DNA of 64,000 bases. Origin: Octopus sinensis. Lineage: Eukaryota. The DNA lies in NCBI RefSeq assembly GCF_006345805.1, contig NC_043003.1, positions 107,818,001 to 107,882,000 on the forward strand, given 5' to 3'. Of this stretch, positions 1-12,135 are shown one piece after another. The notes under the pieces are model-generated. The model searched no databases, had not been told where the DNA came from, and worked only from the letters and a program-made list of their open reading frames with translations. Positions within the stretch are counted from its first letter, which is position 1, and each line of letters begins with the position of its first letter. The translations under genes and the position numbers were made by a program.

Positions 1-1020
1 ATGTAATCGACTTAGTCCCCACCCCACCGAAATTGCTGGCCTTTTACCAAAATTTGAAACCAATATTTTAAAGGTTTAGGGTGGCGCGGTGGTAGAATCT
101 TTCGCTCGCCTGACAGTATACTTAGCGGCATTTCGTCCATCTTTCTTTCTGTGTCCGAATTCTGCCGAGGACAATTTGCATTTCATCTTTTCGAGGTCGA
201 TAAAATAAGTACCAGTCGAGCACTGGGGTTAATGTAATCGACTTAACCATCCCCTGAAATTGCTGGCGTTGTGCCAAAATGTTGCTGAACTGGTATTTAT
301 TTTATCGACCCTGAAAGGGAAGAAAAGACAAAGTCGACCTCGGCGGAATTTGAACTCAGAACGTTAAGACGGACGAAATGCTACTAAGCATCTTGCTCGG
401 TGTGGTAACGTTTCTTATTTCCTTATTGCCCACAAGTGGTTAAACATAGAGGGGACAAACAAGGACAGACAAAGGGATTAAGTCGATTACATCGACCCCG
501 AAAGGATGAAAGGCAAAGTCGACCTTGGCGGAATTTGAACTCAGAACGTAAAGACAGACGAAATACCTATTTCTTTTCTACCCACAGAGAGGACAAACAA
601 GGACAGACAAACGGATTAAGTCGACTATATCGATCCCAGTGCGTAACTGGTACTTAATTTATAGACCCCGAAAAGATGAAAGGCAAAGTCGACCTTGGAG
701 GAATTTGAACTCAGAACGTAAAGACAGAAGAAATACCGCTAAGCATTTCGTCCGGCCTGCTATCGTCTCTGCCAACTCGCCGCCTTTATGAGAGAAAATA
801 TTGGTTTCAAATTCTGGCACAAGGCCAGTCGTTTCCGGGGAGTAGGTAAGTCGATTACATCGATTTCTAGTGCACGATTAGTACTTAATTTATCGACCAC
901 GAAGGATGAAAGGCAAAGTGGACCTCGGCGGAATTTGAACTCAGAACGTAAAGACTTAACGGGCGAAATGTCGCAAAGCAGTTTGCCCGGCCTCCTAACG
1001 ATTCTGCCAGCTCGCAGTCT
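1..1020. mobile_element. Cluster of about 5 partial tRNA-derived SINE copies (here 'family A'), mixed orientation, mostly minus
   Basis: Recurrent blocks ...gaaaggcaaagtcgacctcggcggaatttgaactcagaacgt... (reverse complement of B-box GAGTTCAAATTCC plus central domain) near 330, 510, 680 and 910. One plus-strand copy at about 80-280. Confidence 0.85.
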
Positions 1021-1173
1021 TATTCTAGCATCATATTATAATTGAAGTAATGACCTCCAATGCTTTGATTATTTTCCTCCGTCCCTTTCTCTCTCTCTCT
1101 CTCTCTTTCTCTGTTTCTTTTCTTCTCTCCACTGGTGACCTATGACCTACCCATCAGTGGGCTAGCTCTTGTC

Positions 1174-1370
1174 CTGGAGAAATTTGGTGGAATATGTGTC
1201 AAACTCGACATTAGAAAAGCTTTCGATCATGCCTGGCATGCGAAGTCCTATCGAAACATCTTGTCTATGGACTCCTCCTAATTTGTATTCTTTTGGATCG
1301 GTGTAGATGGATCGGTGTAGATGGACTTCTTTATGTTTCACATTTCATTAACTTTGGCGTGTCCCCACGT
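1174..1370 (+). pseudogene. Degenerate non-LTR reverse transcriptase fragment (CR1/Jockey-like)
   Basis: 1198 onward reads VKLDIRKAFDHAWHAK, matching the RT motif LDxxKAFDxVWH. The frame is lost soon after. Confidence 0.6.
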
Positions 1371-2308
1371 CTCACTAGTCTCTCTTCCTCCTAGCAAACT
1401 TTTTTTGCCTTACTTCACAGGCCTCATACTACTTATACTCGGTTCTTCCTTACTGTAAAGATCGATTTCCCCTGACGACCTTTGTTTCTTAATTTCTCTC
1501 AAGCAGACTCTTTTCATTTCCCTCTCAGATTCTTCCACAGACACTATCTCCCTCGGTTTCTAAGGCTCTGTTATGATGCAGTGTATGAGAGTGATAGAAG
1601 AGCACTCACAATGTCTACTTCATCCAGAGATAAAGTGTGAAGCAACAGGTTAACTATCCCCACTCATCTAGAATCCTCACAGAAAACTCCAAGAACATAG
1701 CATGCCTTGACGAACTGACATGTACAAAAAGACCTAATATTGCTTAAAGACGAAAAAAAAAAAAGGAAACAAAGAAACGAACACCAAAAAGTCAGTACGT
1801 TATATAAGATTTATTTGAAGGAGTTTAACAGAAAAAATGGTCGACGATATATTTGAAATAATCTTCATTGATGCTATCTCTCTTTGCAAGTTTTCTGTTA
1901 CTGTCGTCATAAAACTAGAATAATTATATCTTGAAGTTTAGGGACTTCGTTTTTACTACCAATCCTCTTGATTTTATCATATAATGTTAAACAGTAGCTT
2001 AAATCCATATTTTACTTGATTAGTCCAGTTTTAACTACCGATCTCCACTATATCTTTTATTTATCTGTATTTCAGTTAAACTTTGAACGAAGTAGATTGG
2101 TGAACGGCATTTTTGCAGTGAGACACATTTATTTAGTTAAGATTTCATTCTCTTTTAATATATATATTTCAAAACGACGAAAATATTTTGACAAATTAAA
2201 TTTAAATGTTGAGGTTAATCTAACGGTTCTTTTGTATGTTTGTGTGTTTTTAAATGGCTTATAAACACCTTCCACGCTGCAATTGTTTTTGTTTCAGCAC
2301 ACATCTCC

Positions 2309-2354
<46 letters not shown>

Positions 2355-2827
2355 TGTATGTACGTATGTATGTATGTATGTATGTATGTATGTATATAAA
2401 TTGCTTATTTCTATGCTGACTACCTGATAATTTTCATTAACGCTATTTTTATCCTTATTTTATATATATAAATAAATAAGTAAAATATTATTATAATATT
2501 TTTACTCCTTATCATTAATCTGCATTTTCTGCGGTCTTATTTTTATATAAATACATGTGGTCGCCGTGAGAAAATTTTAATCTGGGTGTTTTGAATCTAA
2601 ACTTGTAAGTATTTGTGTATAGACGTGCAAACTCACTTTGTTATGGGTTTGTTTAAGGTTTTAATCTTGAAATTAGCTAATTCGCAATTAATGTGGAATC
2701 TTTTAAAATATCTTCTCACTATCCCGCTTTCAATTAAATGTATTTATAGCGTTTTTCTTGGTAGCTTCGTAATGTTTACACATTCATTTCAGTATGGAGG
2801 ACAAAAGTCATGTTTAGACATTCTCCC

Positions 2828-2869
<42 letters not shown>

Positions 2870-2871
<2 letters not shown>

Positions 2872-5160
2872 AGAAACTCTCAGAATCTTCCAGCTTGAAC
2901 TTCCATAAGGCAAACTGGAAACAAATTAAGAAAGAGATCCTCAAACAAAACTGGCCTGAATGTCTATCCTCGCCTGACATCGACATGAAACTTCAACAAT
3001 TCATGTCTGTAATGCAAACCATATGCTACAAATGTGTCCCAGAGAGAAAGGCCACTGTACACAAGAGCAAAATCCCCAGAGAGAGGAAAATTCTAATGAG
3101 ACGGCGTACAAAAGTTTCAAATCGCCTAAACAAACAAATTGAAAGCAGTGAAAAGTCCCGCCTGAAAATAAAACTGTTGGAAATTGAAAAATGTCTGTAA
3201 CTCTCCCATGAAAAAGAAAGAGCAGACAAAGAAGCCTGGGCTATAGACAACATAAAATCTAACCCCAGAGCTTTCTACAGGTATGCCAAAGAAACAGCTA
3301 CGGTACACTGTAGGATAGGGCCACACCTTGAAAAGGATGGCACACTCACAGGAAATCCAATGAGGGTAAGTGAAATACTAAATGAGCAATTCAAGAGTAT
3401 TTTCACTCTACCCCTAGGGCATTTTCAAGTCAGCAATCCAACTGACTTCTTTACCACTGCAGATATAAAATCAGAAGCAGCGATGATTGATTACATCAAT
3501 ATAACGGAAGACGATGTAATAAAGGCTATTGATGAAATGAAAACAAACTTCTAAAAGTATGTAAGAGAGTCCTAGCAAGACCACTGCAGTTCCTCTTTCA
3601 GAGCTTCCTTGCAACTGGCAAACTTCCAAGAAAACTGAAGGAAGGTAAAATATGCCCTATTCATAAAGGAGGTAGCAGAGCGAAGGCCAAGAACTACAGA
3701 CCTATCTCTCTGACCTCACACATCAGCAAGGTCATGGAACGAATAGTCAGAAGGAAACTAATCACCTTCCTTGAAGAAATTAACTTGCTGCCCGACACCC
3801 AACATGGTTTCCGACCAGGAAGAAGCTGCTTAACTCAGCTCCTACAACACTATGACTGGGTGCTGAAACGACTGCTCAACCACTCAAACGTGGAAGTCAT
3901 ATATCTCGACTTTGCAAAGGCCTTTGCTAAAGTCGATCATGGAATGATATGTCACAAACTGCGTGATCTTGGCATAGTTGGAAAATTGGGAGAATGGCTT
4001 CATGACTTTCTGAAGGATAGAAGTCAGGTGGTAGTAGCCAATGGGGCCACTTCCATTAACACGCAAATAGTGAGCGGTGTTCCGCAAGGCACTGTTTTGG
4101 GACCACTACTGTTCATAATGGCCCTCTCAGACATGCCCTCAGCCACGCAGAGAGCCACGATCACAAGTTATGCAGATGATACAAAAGTTTCACAGGCAAT
4201 ACAGAACCCTGAAGACACTAAGCACCTGCAATGTGAGCTGGACAAAATATACAAGTGGGCTGAAAAGAATAGTATGCAGTTCAATGCTGAAAAGTTTCAA
4301 GCTTTATACTATCAGCATGCAAAACTAAATGCAATACCCAATAAATACACTGGGCCTGGAGGGATTGCAATCCCAGAGGCACAATCAGTGCGAGACCTGG
4401 GTATTTACATGAGTGATGATGCAACCTTTCATGTGTTGTTGCTAAATTAGCAATGAAATGTAGGCGGCTGACCGGATGGATTCTTAGAACCTTTAGAAGA
4501 AGAGACTAGGAAACCATGATGGTCCTCTGGAGGACACTTGTCCTAAGCCACTTTGACTATTGCTCTCAGCTATGGTCACCATCCAGTGTCAAGTTAATCA
4601 CAGAACTTAAGGCGATCCAACGAAGCTACACGAAGAAGATAGCCTCTGTGCAGCATATAAGCTATTGGGAAAGACTCAAGAGATTGAGACTCTATTCCTT
4701 AGAGCGTAAGCGAGAAAGATCCTAGAAGGACTTGTCCCAAACTTTGGCATCGAGAGTTACACAAATGCCAGAACTGGGCGCCACTGCATAGTGCCAAGGA
4801 CTCCAAATTTTCCATCAAGATGTAGGACAAGATACTGTGATAGCCTGGGCTTCCGAGGCTCACAGCTCTTCAATATCCTCCCGAAAAACCTAAGAGACCT
4901 GCATGGGGTGGATGCTGATGTTTTTAAAATGAAACTGGATCTCTTCTTGTCAGGTGTCCCAGATGAACCAAATTCACGACAGGAGGTGCAGATGAGGGCA
5001 GCTGCATCGAACTCTCTCATACACCAAATGGCAATTGCTAAAAAGCATTCATGAAGTAAAATCATGTAGCAACACCAAATGGCGGTACCCCAGCATGGCC
5101 ACAGCTTGTGAGCTGAAACTAAATAAAATAAAATAAAATAAAATAAATAAAAATAAAATA
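2870..5160 (+). mobile_element. 5'-truncated CR1/L2-group LINE, ORF2 (RT) pseudogene with 3' UTR and (TAAAA)n tail
   Basis: ORF pieces 2895-3200, 3360-3554, 3734-4450, 4516-4725 and 4791-5054 contain QHGFRPGRSCLTQLL, IYLDFAKAF, GVPQGTVLGPLLF, YADDTK and VRDLGI. Stops and frameshifts separate them. Tail at 5121-5160; (TA)n on both sides. Confidence 0.95.
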
Positions 5161-6309
5161 ATATATATATATATATGTATAACGCGAATGGGCCCCAACT
5201 ATGCGAACCTGTTCGTTGGCTATGTTGAGGCCCAAATATTCTCTAATTTCACTGGTCCCACTCCTGAACTATATGGTCGTTATATTGACGACATTATCGG
5301 TGCCACCTCACTCTCCCGCGAACATCTAGATTCCTTCCTCTCTTTCGTCCAATCTTTCCATCCAGCCCTCACTTCACTTCCACTATCTCCAACACCTCTG
5401 TCTCCTTCCTCGACATTTCGGTTAGCATTCTTCACTCCACTCTTACCACCTCCATTCACTACAAACACACAGACTCACACTCATACCTCAACTTCTCTTC
5501 CTCCCACCCAGAACACACCAAGCTTTCCATCCCCTATTCCCAATTACTCGTCTACGTAGGCTCTGTAGTGACGACCATGACTTTGAGACTCAGTCTCAAC
5601 GTATGGCTCACCACTTCACCCTACGTGGATACCCCTCACCACTATCCACACCGCCCTTGCCAGAGCACGGTCCGTGGACCGTGTATCTGCTCTCTCTCTC
5701 CCCCGAACCCCCCTGTAGTCTCCCGCCTCCCTTTTCCCCTCACTTACCACCCCACGACCCTACGTCTCCAACGCACCATTCTTCGAGCTTTCCGTCATCT
5801 CCAGTCCGACCCGTCCACTTCACACCTCTTCCCTAACCGACCCCTCCCCTCTTTCAAACGAGCCCACAACCTTCGAGACCTTTTGGTCCATAGCTCCTTC
5901 CCTGACCCTACCTCCCACCCGGCTCGTTCCCCTGCTCCCACCCACGTTGCCGCACTTGCCCTTACCTCTCCAACACCACCCGCCTCACTAGCACCCACCA
6001 TCGACCCTATCCCATCATCCACTCCTTCACCTGCACCTCCAGCAATATTATCTATTGCATCTCTTGCTCTCTCTGCAATTCCTTGTACATCGGACAAACG
6101 GGACGCCGCTTGGCTGACCGGTTCGCGGAACACCTTCGTGACATCCACCTTGCGAACGACACACCGTCTCACGCCATTTCCGCTCCACCGTCACTCCTTG
6201 CAACACCTATCTGTGTTCGGTTTGTCCTTACACAGAGGCCATCCGGATTCCCGTTTGGCGCCGTGAACAGGAATTAATCTTCTCTCTTCGCTCTTATACG
6301 CCATTTGGT

Positions 6310-6620
6310 CTCAACTCTCCCCCCCCTCCTCATCTAACCCCTCTCCCCCCCCTCCTCACCTTCCTTTCTACCCCCGACCCCTACTTCTTCAGTCCTTCAT
6401 CCTTTCACCCCTACTCCCTTCCCTTCTTCCCTCTTTCTCCCTCCCTCTCCCTTCCCTCCCTCTGCTCCCTCACTCCCCTTCTCTCTCCCCCTCTCCTCTC
6501 TTTCCTCCTTCATCCCCCTCCTCCCCTTCCTTCTCCCCCTCCTCTCCTCTTCCCCCTTCTCCTCCCCCTCTTCTCCCCCTCCCCTTCTTCCCCCTCTTCT
6601 CCCCCTCCCCCTCTCTTCTC
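6310..6620. repeat. Polypyrimidine tract (G-rich on minus) in the PLE 3' region
   Basis: About 300 bp almost entirely C/T, with repeated CCCC(T)CTTCT units. Confidence 0.9.
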
Positions 6621-6679
6621 CACTACACCACATGACTTTACACATCACATCACTATGATGTGCCATACTAATACACACA

Positions 6680-7010
6680 CCAACTAATACATACTAATAC
6701 GTACTAATACATACTAGTACATACTAATACTTACACCAACCCTATACATACACACGTCCAGACCCCGCATACGCACTTATACTCTCTCTCACACACCACA
6801 CACACCTATACATACCAATACTTACTAATACATACTAATACATACTAATACATACACCAACCCCATACATACGCACGTCCAGACCATCCTACGCACTAAT
6901 ACTCTCTCATACACACACACACACACACACACACACCCTTATACATACTAATACATACACCAACCCTATACATACACACATCCAGACCCCTCCCACGCAC
7001 TTTTAGCTGG
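6680..7010. repeat. About 3 imperfect tandem copies of a ~125-bp unit in the PLE 3' region
   Basis: catacaccaacc(c/t)atacatac(a/g)cac(g/a)tccagacc recurs near 6730, 6850 and 6955. Confidence 0.75.
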
Positions 7011-7175
7011 TCCCTCAACCCTTTTATCAACCCTATTATCTCCCCTTATTTCGCTCTCGCGTCTCATGTTTGATCTTTGACCTCTGGCCGAAATCAGATC
7101 GCCATGTTGATTCGTTAGCTACTGCACGCATTTTTTTTTTTCTCTCCTTCTTCTGTGTTTTTCTCTCTCTGTGTA

Positions 7176-7213
7176 TCTTTCTGTTGAAGAGCGTAGGCTC
7201 GAAACGTTAAAGA
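7176..7213 (+). ncRNA. Minimal type I hammerhead-like motif of the PLE pLTR, with core mutation A6U
   Basis: UCUUU-CUGUUGA-A-GAGC(GUAG)GCUC-GAAAC-GUU-AAAGA: 5-bp stem I, 4-bp stem II, palindromic AACGUU as stem III (dimer type). Confidence 0.7.
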
Positions 7214-7326
7214 CTTGTTTAATTTATATTTCCTGAGCGCCATACTAATACAATTGTTCGTTTGTTTTCCACCTGCCTTCGTCTTTTGTTTATTTTCATA
7301 AAGCTTCCCGTTATATGTAATATATA

Positions 7327-7381
<55 letters not shown>

Positions 7382-7383
7382 AT

Positions 7384-7418
<35 letters not shown>

Positions 7419-7701
7419 ATATATATGTATATTATATATTATTATATATATATGTATATATATATATATAATTATTAATTTAATATATAAATTGCTTGTT
7501 TTCATGCAGACTACCTGATAATAATCATTAACATGATTATTATCCTTATTTTATATGTATATATATATATGTGCGCGTGTGTGTATGCGTGTATGCGTAT
7601 CTATACACAATTTTTAAATATATAGGAGTATTCATTACCTAAGCAGAGTGTAGTAGAGTTCGGTGGATCGGATTAAATACCTTCTGGATAGAAAAGTCAA
7701 A

Positions 7702-7772
7702 GGCTGCCAATGGGACTCGAACCTACATCTCCTGTATGCATGAGAGGCGTTCTACCATTGAAGCAAAGCAAT
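7702..7772 (-). pseudogene. Degenerate tRNA-Ala(UGC)-like sequence (pseudogene or SINE head)
   Basis: Minus strand: A-box-like CTTCAATGGTAGAAC, anticodon arm CCTCT-CATGCAT-ACAGG (TGC at 7738-7740), T-loop GGTTCGAGTCC. The acceptor stem pairs only about 5 of 7. Confidence 0.55.
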
Positions 7773-8940
7773 TCTTCGAATTTCTCTATCCGTTTTAGAA
7801 AGTTTATGCTTATCAGCGAGAATTCCATGCTGTTGACGTCGTAAGAATTTACAAATTTCGAGAACGTGGAGTGACGTTTTTTCACAATCACCGGAGCGTG
7901 AAGCGCTGCTAACGACTGCAGGTTCGTGAGAAGGTTGTGATCTGTAAAATTTTGAGTAGGAAACGAAAAGAGAAGTATGAGCATGCAATGCGCGTCTGCA
8001 CACTGAATTCGTAAAACGGAAGAGAAGAATAAAAACGCAATGTCAAACATGTTATATGAGGGTCTGGATGCAACGACTGACACCGCTGTCACTTGCTGTA
8101 ATTTTCTTGTCTATAACGGTGTATTTCCTGAAGTTAACAATGCACACGCAGATATGTTAAATTACTGGCGTTTTATAACAGAATTTAGTTTAATTGCTGT
8201 TATGTACATATCTATAGATGTCTTTCATTCAGAACTGGGAAACGAAGGATGTAAACAATGCGTCTGTTCAATAAGTTCGTGGAAAGTAAATGAGAGAAAA
8301 GCTGTGCGCACGGTTTGATTCTTACTGGAATCCTCATCAGCAACCTTGTACCTTGCTTATCTCTTCCCAAACGTATGACGTATAAATCCACTAACATTAG
8401 AGATTAAAAGTAAATTGGAAAGAACGATTTGCATATTTTAGTACTTTTCTAGACAGTTCGAGCGAACATTAACTTATTGGTGTGCTAACAGTGTTTCATT
8501 TTTATTGCTAGAATTTACTATAAAACACACACACACACACATACATACATACACACACACACACACATGTATATACATACATACATATATATATATATAT
8601 ATGCATTTTATATATGCATACACACACACATATATACACACATATATGTATATATAAATGTATATATATAAATACATGTGTGTATGTATATATATGTATG
8701 TATAAAAATATAGATGCGTGTGGTGTTTGGTGCGTGTGTGTCTGTGTGTTTGTCTGTGTGAGGGTTTGTTCTGTGGCAAGATTAAAATCTTCGTCATCAC
8801 CAAACCTACTTTACGATATCGATGTAACGAGAAAAGTGCCAAAAACTTTAATGAAACCCCATGCATTGATTGTTGAGGTAATGATCAATGATCCCCATTT
8901 CCTCTATTCTTTTGCCTCGGATGCAACCCCATATAAATTA

Positions 8941-9250
8941 GGCGGAGGCACATGGCCTAGTGGTTAGAGAAGCGGACTCACGGTCGAGGGATCGCGGGTT
9001 CGAATCTCAGACCGGGCGATGTGTGTGTTTATGAGCGAAACACCTAAGCTCCACGCAGTTCCGGCAGAAGGTAATGACGAAACTTCTGCTGACTCTTTCG
9101 CCACAACTTTCTCTCACTCTTTCCTCCTGCATATACAGGTCACCTGCGACGGATCGGCGTCCCGTCCAGGTGGGGGACCTATACGTCAAGAAACCGGGAA
9201 ACCGGCCCTTATGAGCCAGGCATGGCTCGAGAAGGAACAAACAACAACAT
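8941..9250 (+). mobile_element. tRNA-derived SINE (here 'family C'), near full length
   Basis: Head TGGCCTAGTGGTTAG...GGGTTCGAATCTC, body cctgcgacgga(t/c)cggcgtcccgtccaggtgggga, (ACA)n tail. A second copy is at 23937-24232. Confidence 0.85.
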
Positions 9251-9559
9251 ATAAATTAGCGAAGAAATGTGATTTTTTTTAAGTAGCGATATTGTTTATA
9301 TGTTTCTTAAGAAAGATTTCAGACAAAAACTCCAGCATTAACTCCTCGGCCGAAGTAGACTTGCAATTCATCACTGAATATGACTTTTAACAAATCATCG
9401 ATACTCTACAATTGCTTCTGTTTAACCTACAGTAACTCATGCTTTCTATTTAGATCGTAATACTAGTTTTAGTTTGACTTCCCTGAACGCAGTTCCTATT
9501 CCATTCAATCGAGTTCTGCCAGAAACATCCTGTTTCTGTCTATTGGGGACATCTTTGTT

Positions 9560-10070
9560 TAAATACAAATAAACAGGAAAGAAGAGAGATAAAAAAGAAA
9601 AAGAAAGAAAAGGAAAAAGGTGGGGGTAAAACAGCGGATGAAGGAGGGGAGGGGTCGATGGGTCATATATCCCAGAACAAGTGGCGTGCTCAACTGCGAT
9701 CCGCGGTAATGATCGCGATGGCGTTGCCGCGGAGAATCGCCAGCGACACATACTGCAGCAGCCACTTCACCACATGAACCTCATTTCTTCGATAGGCCGC
9801 CGTCATTCATGTTTTGCCGAAGAAATCGCTAATACGGGGTCCTAGAACCCCGGCGTCTCGTCGGCGAGCGGCCAGGCTCCTGTACTTAATAATTTTTCTC
9901 TCTTCCGCTTTACAAGCGGTGATACCTGGGTTTGCAACCGATTGTGCAAGGTTGGAGCCAGAGAACGTGTCGCAGTACGTTGCATCCCTAACAAGAGATC
10001 AACCGTCCTTGAATGGAAAGAGGGTTATCATGTCGGGGCAGTTACCATTCCTGCGGTCGGGACCTGATAA
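9560..10070 (-). mobile_element. 3' fragment of a CRE-clade non-LTR retrotransposon (RLE domain plus pyrimidine-rich 3' UTR)
   Basis: Minus frame from 10070: PDMITLFPFKDG*SLVRDATYCDTFS...KAEERKIIKYRSL...GVLGPRISDFF...WLLQYVSLAILRGNAIAIIT, stop at 9690-9692. Matches the CRE-type PDG.TL.PF..G..L.WD.T..DT and L.QR.S.A.QRGNA motifs. Confidence 0.8.
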
Positions 10071-10857
10071 CTCATACATCATCTATTCTTTAGGAATTTT
10101 CCATCCTGACACTTTCACATCGTTTGTACTCTAATTTTATTTGTTATTTTCGTAACCTTCCAAATATGTTTATACATCAGCCTAAATTTAGGCTCATCTG
10201 ACTGAAGGCAGTCAACCTATTTTTGTGACTGACACTACTCCATGTGGGATTTCCTTCATGAAGGAGCTTTATGACTCTTTCCCTCGTTTCAGTTGACAAC
10301 TCTCTCGTTGGAGCCATGTTTCCTTTCAATTAGACAAAACTAATTGCTCGATAATATTTGTAATGAATCTCTTTTAACTGCGGAATAATTTGCAGCTTTA
10401 AATTTATGCTGGCATTTATTTAGAGATGCAAATTACAAGTTGATTACATAATTTCCCCCCTTACTGGATCTAGAGTAAACAAGGTTATTAATTAACGTAA
10501 TTTATTTTGACTCACATGGAGTAGGTTTTAAGCAATCAAAATTTTCAACTATTAAAGAAAAGTTTGTCTTCTATGATTTGTTTACATGCTACGAAGTAAG
10601 CTAAAACTGGATGATAACTCTCGAAGTGAAGTAATTCCATAATTTTTGCAGGGGTTTGTATATAATACCATATATAATATTCACTTGCTTGAATATTATA
10701 TAGGATATATTCTGAGTTCAAATTCCGCCGAGGTCAACTTTACCTTTCATCCTTTCGGAATTGATAAATTAAGTACCAGTTGCGTACTGGGGTCGATCTA
10801 ATCGACTGGCCTCTCCCCCAAATTTTCTTGCCTTGTGCCTATATATAGAGTATATAT

Positions 10858-11232
10858 GGCGTGGCTGTGTGATAAAAAGCTTACCTCCCAACCACGTGGT
10901 TTCCAGTTCAGTTCCACTGCGTGGCACATTGGGCAAGTGTCTTCTACTATAGTCTCGGACTGACCAAAGCCTTGTGAGTGGATTTCGTAGACGGAAACTT
11001 AAAGAAGCTCGTCGTGTACATATGTATATGTATTTATGTGTGTGTGTCTGTGTTTATCTCCCCATCATCGCTTGACAACTGATGCTGATGTGCTTACATC
11101 TCCGTAACTTAGCAATTCGGCAAAAGAGACCGCTAGAATAAGTATTAGGCATACAAATAATAAGTCTTTGGGTCGGTTTGTTCGACTAAAGGCGGTGCTT
11201 CAGCATGGCCGTAGTCGAATGACTGAAAAAGT
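10858..11232 (+). mobile_element. tRNA-derived SINE (here 'family B')
   Basis: Head GTGGCTGTGTG(G/A)TAA...GTTCAGT(C/T)CCACTGCGTGGCAC, internal (TG)n, tail GGCGGTGCTYCAGCATGGCCG...GTC.AATGACTGAAA. Other copies at about 16757(+), 19090(+), 20310(-), 28720(-), 31262(+), 35268(+), 39590(-), 54020(-) and 57620(+). Confidence 0.9.
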
Positions 11233-11266
11233 ATAAAAACAAATATATATATATATATATAATATG

Positions 11267-11298
<32 letters not shown>

Positions 11299-11520
11299 GC
11301 ATATATATGGCAAGTGTGGGTCAACCAAAGCCATGCGAGTGAACCCGATATATGGAAACTGAAAGAAGCCCATAATATATACACGTGGTGTATATATGTA
11401 TGTATGTGTATATTTGCCTCTGCCCCTCAATGAACAGTATCTACCAATGAGCAATCAGCTACATTCTCTCTCTCTCTTTCTCTCTCTCTCTCTATCTATC
11501 TATCTAATATATATATATGT

Positions 11521-11555
<35 letters not shown>

Positions 11556-11563
11556 TATATATA

Positions 11564-11602
<39 letters not shown>

Positions 11603-11769
11603 ATATAATATATGACAATTATTCGGTTGCCCGAGTTCCGGATGTCGGGGCGGAAATGCTCCGGCATCTCGTCAATTATTAAGACAAACAAAATATATTT
11701 TTGTTTGTCTTAGCATATATATTTACTAAAATTACATAAAAAATATCTTGAAATACTTAAGAGTAAATT

Positions 11770-12135
11770 TATTTAATAAAATCCCCGTTGGATTCAACTA
11801 CGGCCTCCAGACGAATTCAGAATCTCTTGTAACTCTTCTGGATGATCTCCTTGTTTAAGTTGGTGAATGCTGCCATAATCCTTGCCTTCAGTTCATCTTT
11901 GGTGTTACAAAGAATTTTATTGGTCTCTCCACACTTATTAATCAACGGAGTTGCGGTCTGGCGAGTTAGGTGGTCGGATGTTAGGACTGATATGATCGCA
12001 GAAATTGTCTTACAGCCATGAGTGGGTTCTCCTGCTTGTGTGACATGGTGCAGAGTCCTGTTGCCAGCCATAGGGTGTTCCAGCAGCCACCCTCTTGACC
12101 CAGGTCAGTACTACCTCCTCCAGGCACTTTATGCA
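11770..12135 (-). mobile_element. maT (DD37D) Tc1/mariner transposase C-terminal fragment
   Basis: Minus frame: WQQDSAPCHTSRRTHSWL*DNFCDHISPNIRPPNSPDRNSVD, with 37 residues between the two Asp. Followed by NTKDELKARIMAAFTNLNKE. Confidence 0.85.

Larger units (their letters stand above)
5180..7320 (+). mobile_element. 5'-truncated Penelope-like element (Neptune-type): RT, Cys-rich linker, GIY-YIG endonuclease, then pLTR/3' region
   Basis: MGPNYANLFVG...RYIDD (PLE RT, 5188 onward). A shifted frame at about 5920-6140 reads GSFPCSHPRCRTCPY...FTCTSSNIIYCISCSLCNSLYIGQTGRRLADRFAEHLRDI. Frameshifted. HHR-like motif at 7176-7213. Confidence 0.9.

Noticed and set aside
6397-6678. Arg/Glu/Gly-rich 93-aa ORF
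   Set aside because: Reverse reading of the polypyrimidine tract in the PLE 3' region.
9640-10130. GC/CpG-rich island first suspected to be rRNA or a promoter; plus-strand ORF 9814-10134
   Set aside because: No rRNA signature found. The minus frame gives CRE-type RLE motifs, so the plus ORF is antisense shadow.
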